Assembly: GCA_963724395.1 (NCBI GenBank)
Contig: CAVRUK010000005.1
Location: 1,001,261-1,065,260, forward strand
Source: an uncultured delta proteobacterium
GTDB taxonomy: Bacteria > Desulfobacterota > Binatia > Binatales > Binataceae
Reading direction: 5' to 3'
DNA: 64,000 nucleotides
Positions within the stretch are counted from its first letter, which is position 1; every line of letters begins with the position of its first letter. The notes beneath the pieces are model-generated. The model made no database searches, had not been told where the DNA came from, and was given only the letters and a program-made list of their open reading frames with translations. This document shows positions 10,525 to 20,012 of the stretch, in pieces. A program made the translations under genes and the position numbers.

Positions 10525-11130
10525 CTACACGTTGCGCTTGAGGGCTTCGGCCCACAGCTCTTTGAGGAGTTCGCGCAGCTCCTCAATCGATCCGTTGTTC
10601 TCGATCATGAGGCTCGCGTGCTTGCCTCGTTCCTCGTCGGACAACTGCGCGCGGATTCGCGCCTCGGTCTCGGCAGGTTTGAGGCCGCGCTGGATCTCGA
10701 TACGGGCTATCACCTGTTCGCGAGGGGCGCGCACCAGCCAGATTTCGTCGAACAGCGGCTGCCAGTTCGCTTCGATCAGAATCGCGGCCTCGACGACGAT
10801 CGGCAGGGTCGCGCCGCGCGCGCGCAAATCAGCCACGTTGCGGCGGATGCTCTCGAAAGTGGCGGGCCACACGATCGACGTCAGCTTGTTCAGCTGCTCG
10901 GGATTGCCAAACACGATGGCGCCGAGCTGCTTGCGATCGATCGCGCGATCGGGAGCAACGATCCGCACGCCGAACGCGGCGATGACTGCGTCGTAGGCGG
11001 GACCGCCGGGCGCATAAGTGGTGTGCGCGACTTTGTCGGCGTCGAGAATCGGCGCGCCGAACTCGCCAAGAATCTGCGCGACGGTGCTTTTGCCCGAACC
11101 AATTCCGCCGGTGAGACCAATTGTAAGCAT
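10525..11130 (-). CDS. coaE: Dephospho-CoA kinase
   Basis: 'MLTIGLTGGIGSGKSTVAQIL' P-loop; 201 aa typical for CoaE. Confidence 0.85.
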   Translation of the reverse strand: MLTIGLTGGIGSGKSTVAQILGEFGAPILDADKVAHTTYAPGGPAYDAVIAAFGVRIVAPDRAIDRKQLGAIVFGNPEQLNKLTSIVWPATFESIRRNVADLRARGATLPIVVEAAILIEANWQPLFDEIWLVRAPREQVIARIEIQRGLKPAETEARIRAQLSDEERGKHASLMIENNGSIEELRELLKELWAEALKRNV

Positions 11131-11140
11131 TCCGATATCC

Positions 11141-12919
11141 CTAGCCCGCGGCTTCGCGGCTCCAGGCCTGGATATTGTAGAGGTAGCTGAAGAAGCCGCC
11201 GCGAGCCAGCAACTCGTCGAACGATCCGTGCTCGACGATCGCGCCGTCGCGCAGCACGAGTATTCGATCGGCGTTCTGCACGGTCGATAGCCGATGCGCG
11301 ATGACGAGCGTGGTCCGCCCGCGCATCGCCTCTCGCACAGCGGCCAGCACCATCGATTCAGTCTCGGCGTCTAGCGCGCTGGTGGGCTCGTCCATGATGA
11401 GAATCGGCGCGTCCTTCAGCAGCGCGCGCGCGATCGTCACGCGCTGCGCCTCGCCCTCGGAAAGACTATGACCGCCCTGGCCCAGCAATTCGTCGAGTCC
11501 GGCGGGCAACTTGGCGAGCACGGGGCCGAGACGCGCCATCTCGATCGCGCGGAGCACGTGCGCGTCGTCGACGGCGGGCTTGCCGAACGCGACGTTGACG
11601 CGCATCGTGTCGCCCAGCACCAGCGGCGGCTGCAGGACCATCGCGATGTTGCCGCGAATCGAATCGAGGGTCAGGTAGCGCGTGTCGTTGCCGTCAATCT
11701 TGATAGCGCCGCCGTCCGGTTCGTAAAAGCGCGCGAGCAGGCTGGCCATCGTGGTTTTTCCCGAACCGCTCGGACCGACGATCGCGATAGTCTCGCCGGG
11801 CGACGCCTTGAAGCTGATCCCGTTGAGGACGGTGCGACCGGGTTCGTAGGCGAACACGACATTGTCGAATTCTATCTCGCCGCGCGCGCGGCCAAGCGCC
11901 TGCGCGCCCGCGCGATCCTTGATTTCGGGATCGATTGCGAGCAGCTCGAGACATCGCCGGAGTCCGGCCTTCGCGCCTTCGATCTGTCCGTAGGTTTGCG
12001 CGATCTGATTCACCGGCGCGTAGAGCGAGGCGAGGTAAGTGGTGAAAACGATCAGGTCGCCGATGGTGAGGCGGCCGTCGAGGACGTGCTGCGCGCCGAG
12101 GTAAATCACGAGCGCCGTGCCGCACGCGATCAACACGCCGACCGCGCCGGCGTACAGCGTTTGCAGCGTGTACAGGCGGAGCGTTGCGTCCAGGCTCGCG
12201 CTGCTCGACTCGACGAACTCGCGGTACGACTCGCCCTCACGCGTGAAAGCCTGCACCACGTGAATTGCTGCGAGCGCGCTCTGCGCGACGGTGTACAGGC
12301 GGCTCTCCTTGATGCGCGCGCCGCCGGCAATCGCGTCGATGCGGCCGCTGATCGACATGATCAACAGAATCAGCAGCGGGATAATGGCGAGCGCGACGAG
12401 CGTCAGCGTCGCGTCCATTTTGATCATCACGACGAACATCCCGCCGAGCAGAATCAGCGACGACAGCAGCGGGAAGAAGCCGTTCATCGCGATCGTTTGA
12501 ATCGAATAGGTGTCGTAGGTGATGCGCACCATGAGGTCGCCGACTTCGCGGCGGCGGTGGAATGACAGCGAAAGGCGCTGCAGGTGGTCGAACAGCCTCG
12601 CGCGCAACTCGTTGACCATGCGCTGGCCGATCGAGATAGTCACGTAGTTCGTCATCACGTTGAGCAGGCCGAGCATCGCGTACAGGATGACGAGGCTGAT
12701 GCACGCGGCGATGAGAAGCTCGGCGCGCGGCATCGGGGGGATCCACTTGCTGACGAGCGGCGCGCCGCGCAGCACGTTGTCGATTACAATTTTGAGCGGC
12801 CACGGCTTCAGCACTTCGGTCGCGGAGGCGAGCAGCACCCCGGCGATCGCGATCGCAAGGCGGCCGAGATGCGGGCGCATCCGGCGAATCGCGTGGCCGT
12901 AGAGTTCCAGCGTGCCCAT
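11141..12919 (-). CDS. ABC exporter, fused permease/ATPase (MsbA/NdvA-like); start overlaps the upstream GT2 gene stop (ATGA)
   Basis: N-terminal six-TM domain then an ABC ATPase with the LSGGQ signature ('LSEGEAQRV'); start chosen at 'MGTLELYGHAIRRM' (cat at 12917-12919). Confidence 0.8.
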   Translation of the reverse strand: MGTLELYGHAIRRMRPHLGRLAIAIAGVLLASATEVLKPWPLKIVIDNVLRGAPLVSKWIPPMPRAELLIAACISLVILYAMLGLLNVMTNYVTISIGQRMVNELRARLFDHLQRLSLSFHRRREVGDLMVRITYDTYSIQTIAMNGFFPLLSSLILLGGMFVVMIKMDATLTLVALAIIPLLILLIMSISGRIDAIAGGARIKESRLYTVAQSALAAIHVVQAFTREGESYREFVESSSASLDATLRLYTLQTLYAGAVGVLIACGTALVIYLGAQHVLDGRLTIGDLIVFTTYLASLYAPVNQIAQTYGQIEGAKAGLRRCLELLAIDPEIKDRAGAQALGRARGEIEFDNVVFAYEPGRTVLNGISFKASPGETIAIVGPSGSGKTTMASLLARFYEPDGGAIKIDGNDTRYLTLDSIRGNIAMVLQPPLVLGDTMRVNVAFGKPAVDDAHVLRAIEMARLGPVLAKLPAGLDELLGQGGHSLSEGEAQRVTIARALLKDAPILIMDEPTSALDAETESMVLAAVREAMRGRTTLVIAHRLSTVQNADRILVLRDGAIVEHGSFDELLARGGFFSYLYNIQAWSREAAG

Positions 12920-15375
12920 CACGTTTGATCTTCCGGGCGCGTCGCCAGTGATATTGCCAACGAGGTTGCCACCTCGGCTGCGCAGGCTTTGATGATCGCG
13001 GGGATGCGTCGTGCGCGAGTGATCGCGAATAATCCGACGGCGACTGCGGCGCATGCTACTGCGATGATGCTTGCGCTTAGTGAGAAGCCGGCGGCCAACA
13101 GCACGAGCAGGGTGACTGCAGCGCCGATCAACGCAGGTCGCGGAGCTGTGCGAGTTCGCCAGAGCAGCGCGAGGCCGGCTTCGGTACGCAGGGCGTTTAT
13201 TGGCACGCGAATCAGCGGAGGAACGATCAGTTCGAGATCGAACGATTGAAAACCGTCGGTCTCCGCGACGGCGACGCCGCGGCGGACCAGCCTGTCGCGG
13301 ATGGCGGCGAGAATCGTCGCGGAGTCGATGCGCGCGGTGCCGTCTGACATAGCGAATTCGACCTGGCCGCTTAGTCTGGCCGCACCTACGTTGTCACCGC
13401 CGGCAGTCGCGGGTACGAATCGCCATTTCATACGCTCGCGCGCGAGGCTGCGGATGCTGGGGCCGAGCAGATTGAGGATCCACAAATAGATTCGCGCCGC
13501 CGGACCGGATCGCGCGCGCGGCAAGGGGACGGATGCTGCGCCCGCTCCGGCCGCAAGTATTGAGAGCGCGATTCCACCGGCGCCGAGTACTCCAAGCAAC
13601 CGATTGACTCCGCCGAGGATCAGAAGAATCAGAGAAACTCCGATCCATTGAATCGTCAAAGGCAGCTCAGCGTACGAGTTGCCCGCGGAGTAGACGGTCT
13701 GGAAGAGGCCGCGGCCGAATGCGCCGTAGTAAACGCGCGCGCCGCCGAAGAGTGAGCCGATCCACGACGGCCCCGCGTAGATGCCGTCCTGATCCGCGGT
13801 GCGGAGCGGATACTTGCGGAACAGCAAGCCTTCACCGATGCCGTAGCCGCGTTGCTGGCGGAGATATGCAGAAAGCGTCGCGCGCCGCTCGTGAATCACC
13901 ACGGCTCCAGGAGCATACGCGAGCGTTTCACTTGACGCCGCCAGGCGCCAGGAAAGATCGACGTCGTCGCCTGCGGCGGTGAACATCGGATCGAAGCCAC
14001 CGGCCTTCACCAGCGCGGCTTTCGTGATTGCCATGTTGCAGCCGCACAGTTGCGCGAGACGATCGTCGCCGGCCCGCACCTCGCGCGGCAATCCGGGCGC
14101 GGCAGCCATCGCGGCAGCGCGAGCGGATTGAGGATCGGGGGCGAAGTTCGGACCGGACGCCGCAGCCGCATCGCGTCGCGCGATCATCTCGACCAGATGA
14201 TACAGCCAGTCGCGATCGGCGCGCGCGTCGGCGTCGATGAACGCAATAATTTCGCTTTCGTTGGATGCGGCGCCGACACCTGCGTTGCGCGCGGCGGCGA
14301 GCCCATTGTGTTCGACGCGAATCGTGCGGACTTCCGACTGCTTGGCGATTTCCGAAGTCGAATCGGTCGAGCCGTCATCGACGACGATTGTTTCGTAATC
14401 AGGATAGTTGAGCTCGCGAATCGAGGAGAGACATTCGCCAAGCGTCGATGACGCATTGTAGGCGGCGACCACCACGGTCGCTTTGGGAGCGGTCGTCAGC
14501 GGAGGCGGCAGATTGTCGCCGAAGACTTTTGCGACCGCGTCGAAGGCAAGTTTCGGCGAGCGATCGCGGCGAGTCAGTCCAAACGCCCAGTCGGTAATCT
14601 CGGCGCCGCCGGTGTGCCATTCGTCGGTGAATGCGAACACGATGAAGCCGGACAATCCGAGTTCGAATGCCGCGCGGCATTGCCATGAAAGCAGTTCGGC
14701 CTGGTGCTGCTCGCCTTCGCGAATCGTATCCATGCCGGTTTCGCTGAGCACCAGCGGCAACTCGCCAGCTTGTCCCATCAGATGCGTCAGGTAGCGGCGG
14801 AAGTCTTCCTCGCGATGCAGATACACGTTGAAGGAAATGAAATCGAGAAAACTCAGATCGAGATATTCCGCGGACGGATAGTTCGAATAGGTGAAGAGCG
14901 CGTCGGGATCGATCTGTTTTCCGAGGTCGCGGAGTTCGGCGAGAAAGCGGCTGACCGCGCGCGGCCCGTGCCAGCGCACGATATCCGAGCGAATCTCGTT
15001 GCCGATGCTGTAGGCAGCGACGGTCTCGCCGAATTGACGCGTCTCGAGCACCGTCTTGCGGATGGCGTCGCGGATCTCGCGCATCATGTCGGGCGAATCA
15101 AGGAACGCCATGTGGAACGGCCACGGGATGCCGAGCATCATGCGGAGCCCGGCCTTCTGTGCCTCCTCGACCATCCACGGCGGAGGAGGAACGTAGAGCC
15201 GAATCACGTTGGCGCCGAGCCTGCTCATCAGCGCGAAGTCGGCGGCGGCGCGCTCGGGCTCGGGATATCTTTCACCGCGGGAGTTCGGTGCAAACGGGCC
15301 GTACGAAACGCCGCGAATGTAGAATTTTTGCGCTCCATCGAGGAGATATTTTCCGTGCGATACCAGCCGAGCCAT
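12919..15375 (-). CDS. Fusion protein: N-terminal clan GH-A-like TIM-barrel glycosidase domain, GT2 glycosyltransferase domain, and C-terminal multi-TM region (putative processive polysaccharide synthase)
   Basis: 818 aa; GH-A-like motifs 'IGNEIR' and 'LSETG'; GT2 'TVVVAAYNASSTL...IVVDDGSTD'; C-terminal ~250 aa hydrophobic. Confidence 0.7.
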   Translation of the reverse strand: MARLVSHGKYLLDGAQKFYIRGVSYGPFAPNSRGERYPEPERAAADFALMSRLGANVIRLYVPPPPWMVEEAQKAGLRMMLGIPWPFHMAFLDSPDMMREIRDAIRKTVLETRQFGETVAAYSIGNEIRSDIVRWHGPRAVSRFLAELRDLGKQIDPDALFTYSNYPSAEYLDLSFLDFISFNVYLHREEDFRRYLTHLMGQAGELPLVLSETGMDTIREGEQHQAELLSWQCRAAFELGLSGFIVFAFTDEWHTGGAEITDWAFGLTRRDRSPKLAFDAVAKVFGDNLPPPLTTAPKATVVVAAYNASSTLGECLSSIRELNYPDYETIVVDDGSTDSTSEIAKQSEVRTIRVEHNGLAAARNAGVGAASNESEIIAFIDADARADRDWLYHLVEMIARRDAAAASGPNFAPDPQSARAAAMAAAPGLPREVRAGDDRLAQLCGCNMAITKAALVKAGGFDPMFTAAGDDVDLSWRLAASSETLAYAPGAVVIHERRATLSAYLRQQRGYGIGEGLLFRKYPLRTADQDGIYAGPSWIGSLFGGARVYYGAFGRGLFQTVYSAGNSYAELPLTIQWIGVSLILLILGGVNRLLGVLGAGGIALSILAAGAGAASVPLPRARSGPAARIYLWILNLLGPSIRSLARERMKWRFVPATAGGDNVGAARLSGQVEFAMSDGTARIDSATILAAIRDRLVRRGVAVAETDGFQSFDLELIVPPLIRVPINALRTEAGLALLWRTRTAPRPALIGAAVTLLVLLAAGFSLSASIIAVACAAVAVGLFAITRARRIPAIIKACAAEVATSLAISLATRPEDQT

Positions 15376-15509
15376 GAACGATGAGCTAATCGCAAAGCCG
15401 ATGGGCGCGCAACGCGCGGCGCGGCCTCACGCTTGACATCGCGCAAGTCATGCCCTGAGAATCGATTCGTGAAGGGCAAAACGGCGGCGGCGCAATCCTG
15501 TAGTCTGAC

Positions 15510-16805
15510 GTGACGCGACGCGCTCCCAGCTGGCTCGAAAGCAAGACGCTGGATCTCGAAACCAGGGCATCGAAGCACGCAACCGCGCTTCGCGTCTGGC
15601 ACGTCCTCAATCACGCCGTTGAAGGCTTCATCTACAACAACGATCTGCTGCGCGCGTCCGCGCTGACTTTCACGGTCGCGCTGTCGATCGTGCCAATTCT
15701 CGCGCTCGCATTCTCCGCGGTTAAAGGATTCGGCGGCTCGGAACGATTGCGTCCGCTGGTCGAGCAATACATGGGACTCGGATCGTCATCGTCGCAAATA
15801 ATGAGCTACGTCGAGAACGTCAACGCGGCGGCGCTGGGTTCGGCCGGCGGCGCGTTTTTGCTGATCACCGTTATTTCCACGATGGGCACAGTCGAGCAGG
15901 CGCTCAACACGATCTTCAACGTGCCGCAGAGCCGCAGTTATCTTCGCAAGTTCTCCGATTACCTGAGCGTGCTGTTCACGGTGCCGCTTCTGATCGTGGC
16001 GGCGCTGAGCGTGACGGCGATTTTCTCGGTGCGGATTTCCCAATTTCCATTTGTCACGGAGCTATTGCCGTACTTGTTCGTGTGGGCGGGATTCTTTTTT
16101 CTGTTCGTCTTTTTTCCTTACACCAAAGTCAAATATGTGCCCGCGCTGATCGGCTCGTTCGTGACCGCGGTGCTTTTCCAGCTCGCGCAGTGGGGATACG
16201 TGCGCTTCCAGGTGGGTGTCGCCAACTATCGTGCGATCTACGGCGCGATGGCGACGCTGCCGATTTTCCTGGTCTGGATCTACATCGCGTGGGCGGTGAT
16301 TCTGTTCGGCGCCGAACTCACCGCGGCGGTGCAGCGCGGCGATCTGCCGCCGACGCTGGGGCCAATGTCGCCGGATTTTCTGTATTCGGCGACGATGCAC
16401 ATCCTGGTTCGCCTGGCCGATCGCGCTTACCACGCCGGTGACGACGTCACGCCGTGGACACTTGCCCGCGAACTCTACGTCGCCGAAGCTGCAATTCAGC
16501 CGATTCTCGACGGGCTCAAGGCCGGTGGCTTTGTGATCGAGGCTGACTCGAGCACCGGTTCGCTGAACCAGGGGCTGTTCCTGGCGCGCCAGGCGTCGAC
16601 GATCGTGCTGGCAGACGCGATCAAATCCGTCGACTTCGATCAAGGCGCCAGCGACGGCGATCCGCGCATCGACCGCGTGCTGGCGAAACTGAGTGCCGTG
16701 CGCACCGATCTGCTCAAGACGATCACACTCGAAGATATCCGCTCGCCGGAAGCAAAGGCTGTCGATCAGGAAACGGCAGCGATCGAGAACAAAGCCGACC
16801 ACTAG
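15510..16805 (+). CDS. YihY/BrkB-family inner membrane protein
   Basis: 431 aa polytopic membrane protein with YihY-like helix pattern and a soluble C-terminal extension. Confidence 0.65.
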   Translation: MTRRAPSWLESKTLDLETRASKHATALRVWHVLNHAVEGFIYNNDLLRASALTFTVALSIVPILALAFSAVKGFGGSERLRPLVEQYMGLGSSSSQIMSYVENVNAAALGSAGGAFLLITVISTMGTVEQALNTIFNVPQSRSYLRKFSDYLSVLFTVPLLIVAALSVTAIFSVRISQFPFVTELLPYLFVWAGFFFLFVFFPYTKVKYVPALIGSFVTAVLFQLAQWGYVRFQVGVANYRAIYGAMATLPIFLVWIYIAWAVILFGAELTAAVQRGDLPPTLGPMSPDFLYSATMHILVRLADRAYHAGDDVTPWTLARELYVAEAAIQPILDGLKAGGFVIEADSSTGSLNQGLFLARQASTIVLADAIKSVDFDQGASDGDPRIDRVLAKLSAVRTDLLKTITLEDIRSPEAKAVDQETAAIENKADH

Positions 16806-16840
16806 TCCGTCGCGAGCGCGAATGCTCGCAACCTCGAGAC

Positions 16841-17724
16841 ATGGAAAAAAACCAACACCGCGACATCAACCCGAACTTCAAAGGACCGGCGTCGAGCTTC
16901 GTGGACGTCAATCGCATTCGGCTGCATGCGCTGGACTGGGGCGGCAGCGGCGCGCCGATCGTTATCCTGCACGCGACCGGATTTCTCGGGCGCCTCTACC
17001 GGCCGCTGGCAGAGCGGCTGCGCGCGATCGGTCACGTATACAGCTACGATCAGCGCGGCCACGGCGACAGTTCGGCGGCGCCTGACGGCGAATATACCTG
17101 GGACTCGACGATGCGCGACCTCAGGGGTTTATTACCGCGATGGGCTGGTCGGGCGTCATCGCGGTCGGCCACTCCGCCGGCGCGACTGCTATCGGCTCGC
17201 TTGCCTGCGAGCGCCCGGACCTGATCTCACGCGCAGTCCTGGCCGAGCCGGTGATCTTCGAGTCGCCGACCGCACCGGAACTCGGTTGGCGCAATCCGTT
17301 CATCGAGCGAACTCTGAAACGCAGGCGGACTTTCGACAGCGTCGAGGCGATGTACTCGAACTTCGAGAGCAAGCCGCCGTACAACGCCTGGCGAAAGGAC
17401 ATTCTGCGCGACTATTGCGAATTCGGCACGCGTCCGACGAGCGATGGCAGGCGCGAACTCAAGTGCGCTCCTGTGGTCGAGGCAAAATTCTACGAGACGG
17501 CGCGCGATTTCGATGGGCTCGGGCGAATTCTTCGCTGCACGGCGCCGCTGTTGATAATCTTCGGCGCGCGCGGCGATTCGCTCGGCGCGTCGCTATCAGG
17601 AAAGGTCGCGCAGCGGCTCAAGAACGGACGCGTGATCGACGTGGCCGACGCGGGGCACTTTCTGCCGATGGAAAAGCCCGACTACGTAGCGGACAAGGCG
17701 ATCGACTTCCTCAAGTCTGGGTAG
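16841..17724 (+). pseudogene. Alpha/beta-hydrolase with a frameshift near 17124-17131 (probable 1-nt deletion in a T run, or an assembly error)
   Basis: ORF 16841..17224 ('HATGFLGRLY...QRGHGDS') continues in another frame as ORF 17140..17724 ('GWSGVIAVGHSAG', nucleophile elbow); 'aggggtttattacc' would restore 'RDLRGFITAMGW' with one added t. Confidence 0.6.
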
Positions 17725-17731
17725 CAGTCAG

Positions 17732-18475
17732 TCAGGGCGAACTGAGTAATGCACGCGCTTCGGCGGTGTATATTCCCGGGCGTTCGTAGAGGATCAACGG
17801 CGGCTCAATAGCTACTTCGATTCCGCCGCCGGCGCGGGCTTCGATCAACATCACCGACGCGGGCATCGCAATCCGCGGATGAACGAAGCGGATGCGCTTG
17901 GGCTCGAGCTGATTCGAGCGCATCGCGGAAATCAGCTCGGCGCTGCGACGTGCAGCGAAGACAAACGCAACGCGCGCGCTACGGCGCGCGTAGCGGCGGG
18001 CGGCGGCGACGAAATCCCCGAGCTTCGCGGTGCTCTCGCCGCGCGCCACGCGTCGGCCGTGGTCGGGATTCTCGCGGCCGGCGGCCGCCGCGCGATATGG
18101 AGGATTCGCGACGACCAGGTCGAAACTGGCGGGCTCGACGCCTGCGATTTTTTTCCGCCGAAGGTCGGCGCAAACCCCGTGCACCGACTCGAGCCCGTTG
18201 ATGCCGGCGTTACCGGCGAGCATCGCGGCGAGTTGCGGCTGGATCTCGATCGCAACGACTGCGCGCGGCCGGTAAAGGGCCGCGATCATGATCGATACGA
18301 CACCGCATCCGGCGCCCAGCTCGAGCACCCGATCGCGCGAACTCGCGCGCACGAAGCGTCCGAGCAATATCGCCTCGACCGAGAAACGATAGCCGTGCCT
18401 TGGCTGGACGAGCGTGATAGATCCATCGAGGATCGTATCGCGAGTTTCGTTTTCGTTGCTCGAGGCCGCCGTCAT
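17732..18475 (-). CDS. SAM-dependent N6-adenine methyltransferase, tRNA m6A37 (TrmN6/YfiC)-like
   Basis: 'LELGAGCGVVSIMIA' SAM motif and 'VVANPPYRAAAAG' (NPPY amino-MTase motif); 247 aa. Confidence 0.55.
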   Translation of the reverse strand: MTAASSNENETRDTILDGSITLVQPRHGYRFSVEAILLGRFVRASSRDRVLELGAGCGVVSIMIAALYRPRAVVAIEIQPQLAAMLAGNAGINGLESVHGVCADLRRKKIAGVEPASFDLVVANPPYRAAAAGRENPDHGRRVARGESTAKLGDFVAAARRYARRSARVAFVFAARRSAELISAMRSNQLEPKRIRFVHPRIAMPASVMLIEARAGGGIEVAIEPPLILYERPGIYTAEARALLSSP

Positions 18476-18677
18476 GAATGCCGCCGAGAAAGGAGAGCTC
18501 TACGCCCGCATCTTTCGAAAGGTTGGTGTGTTTCTCGGCAAGGGGGAGATTCCGCGGGCGCTCAAAGAGCTGAATGAGGGTATGAAAATCGCCGAACGCA
18601 ACGGCGATAGCAAGATGGCCGCGCGATTTGCGCAAGAAATTGCGAACGTCACCAAGACCGCAGAACCCGCGAAATAG
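18474..18677 (+). CDS. Small helical hypothetical protein (68 aa)
   Basis: ORF 18414..18677 trimmed to the internal Met 'MNAAEKGELYARIF'; no family recognised. Confidence 0.25.
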   Translation: MNAAEKGELYARIFRKVGVFLGKGEIPRALKELNEGMKIAERNGDSKMAARFAQEIANVTKTAEPAK

Positions 18678-18863
18678 CCGCCCTTTCCCTCGAATTTCGA
18701 CGTTTCGCGCGTAGCGTCGCTTGACGCCTTCAAGTTCGTACTTACCTTGAAATCGTGGGACGCAAGGTGATTTGAGCGAAGGACAGATAGAAACTTCCTC
18801 GCGCCGGGCGCCCCGAAATCTGAAATCACGCCGGAGAAAACTACCGGCAGGAGGCTTTCGAAA

Positions 18864-19286
18864 ATGGAAGTGTTGATGAGAAACGGTCTGACTCCCGACA
18901 ATTCGCTGCTGCGGAATTGGAACGTGCTGTGGAACGAGCTGGAGCCCGCGCGCAGGGCGGCACCGGCGGCGGATGTCGTCGAAGATGCGGACGCCTATCA
19001 TTTCTACTTCGAGATGGCCGGCATCAGGAGCGAGTCGGTCGATGTTCGCGTCGAGGACGGAAACCTGATCGTCGAGGCCGAGCGCAAACGGCCCGAGTGG
19101 TCGAAGGACGCCGAGGTCCATCTGTCCGAGCGGGCGTACGGCACGATGCGCCGCGCGTTCACGATGCCTGAAGACGCGAGCCACGACGGAATCAAGGCGG
19201 GATACAAGGACGGCGTGCTCGAAGTGACGGTGCCAAAACGGCCCGAGAGCAAACCGTTCAAGATCAAAGTCGAGTTCGAAAACTAG
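18864..19286 (+). CDS. Hsp20 / alpha-crystallin family small heat-shock protein
   Basis: 'AYHFYFEMAGIRSESVDVRVEDGNLIVEAERK...GTMRRAFTMPEDASHDGIKAGYKDGVLEVTVPK' is an alpha-crystallin domain. Confidence 0.85.
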   Translation: MEVLMRNGLTPDNSLLRNWNVLWNELEPARRAAPAADVVEDADAYHFYFEMAGIRSESVDVRVEDGNLIVEAERKRPEWSKDAEVHLSERAYGTMRRAFTMPEDASHDGIKAGYKDGVLEVTVPKRPESKPFKIKVEFEN

Positions 19287-19361
19287 CCAGCGCATTGGGC
19301 GCTTCGAGCCGCGGCTAGGAGAATTTTGGCTCAGGCGCCGGTAGAATGAACTGCCGGCGCC

Positions 19362-19985
19362 GTGAGCGCAGCCGACGAAGCCACCGGGGCTGACCTCTCA
19401 ACGGAGGAATCGCGGATGGTATTTCTGATCATCATAGTGGCTATCGTCGCGTGGGTAGTTCTTGCCTACAATCGATTAGTCAGTTTGCGCAACCAGGTAG
19501 ACAATTCCTGGAAGCAGATCGACGTACAACTGAAGCGCCGTCATGACCTGATCCCCAATCTCATCGAAGCCGTCAAAGGCTACATGCAGTTCGAGCGCGA
19601 CACGCTGACGCAGGTCGTCGAGGCGCGCGCCAAGGCGGTCAGCGCGCCAGACCAGGCCTCGCGCATGGCGGCGGAGAATCAGATCACGACCGGGCTCGGC
19701 AAACTGCTGGCGGTGATGGAGAACTATCCGCAGCTAAAGGCCGACGAGAATGTGCTCAAACTGCAGGAAGAGCTGACGACCACGGAAAATCAAATCGCCT
19801 TCTCTCGACAGGCGTATAATGACGTCGTGCTCGACCTGAACACGCGCATCCAGACCTTTCCGACCAATCTCATCGCCAGCAACTTCGGTTTCAAGCCGGC
19901 GGAATATTTCAAAATCGCGCCGGAGGACCAGGCCGTCCCCAAAGTCGATCTTTCGATGACCACGCCGACCGCGCCGCGCGCCTGA
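19362..19985 (+). CDS. LemA family membrane protein
   Basis: N-terminal TM helix then LemA-like 'NQVDNSWKQIDVQLKRRHDLIPNLIEAVKGY'. Confidence 0.75.
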   Translation: MSAADEATGADLSTEESRMVFLIIIVAIVAWVVLAYNRLVSLRNQVDNSWKQIDVQLKRRHDLIPNLIEAVKGYMQFERDTLTQVVEARAKAVSAPDQASRMAAENQITTGLGKLLAVMENYPQLKADENVLKLQEELTTTENQIAFSRQAYNDVVLDLNTRIQTFPTNLIASNFGFKPAEYFKIAPEDQAVPKVDLSMTTPTAPRA

Positions 19986-20012
19986 AGATACGCGCCGCAG
20001 GGGGCAGGCTCG

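Noticed and set aside
18210-19295. 361-aa minus-strand ORF across the Hsp20 region
   Set aside because: It is antisense to a clear alpha-crystallin-domain gene and to the methyltransferase 3' region, with no motifs.
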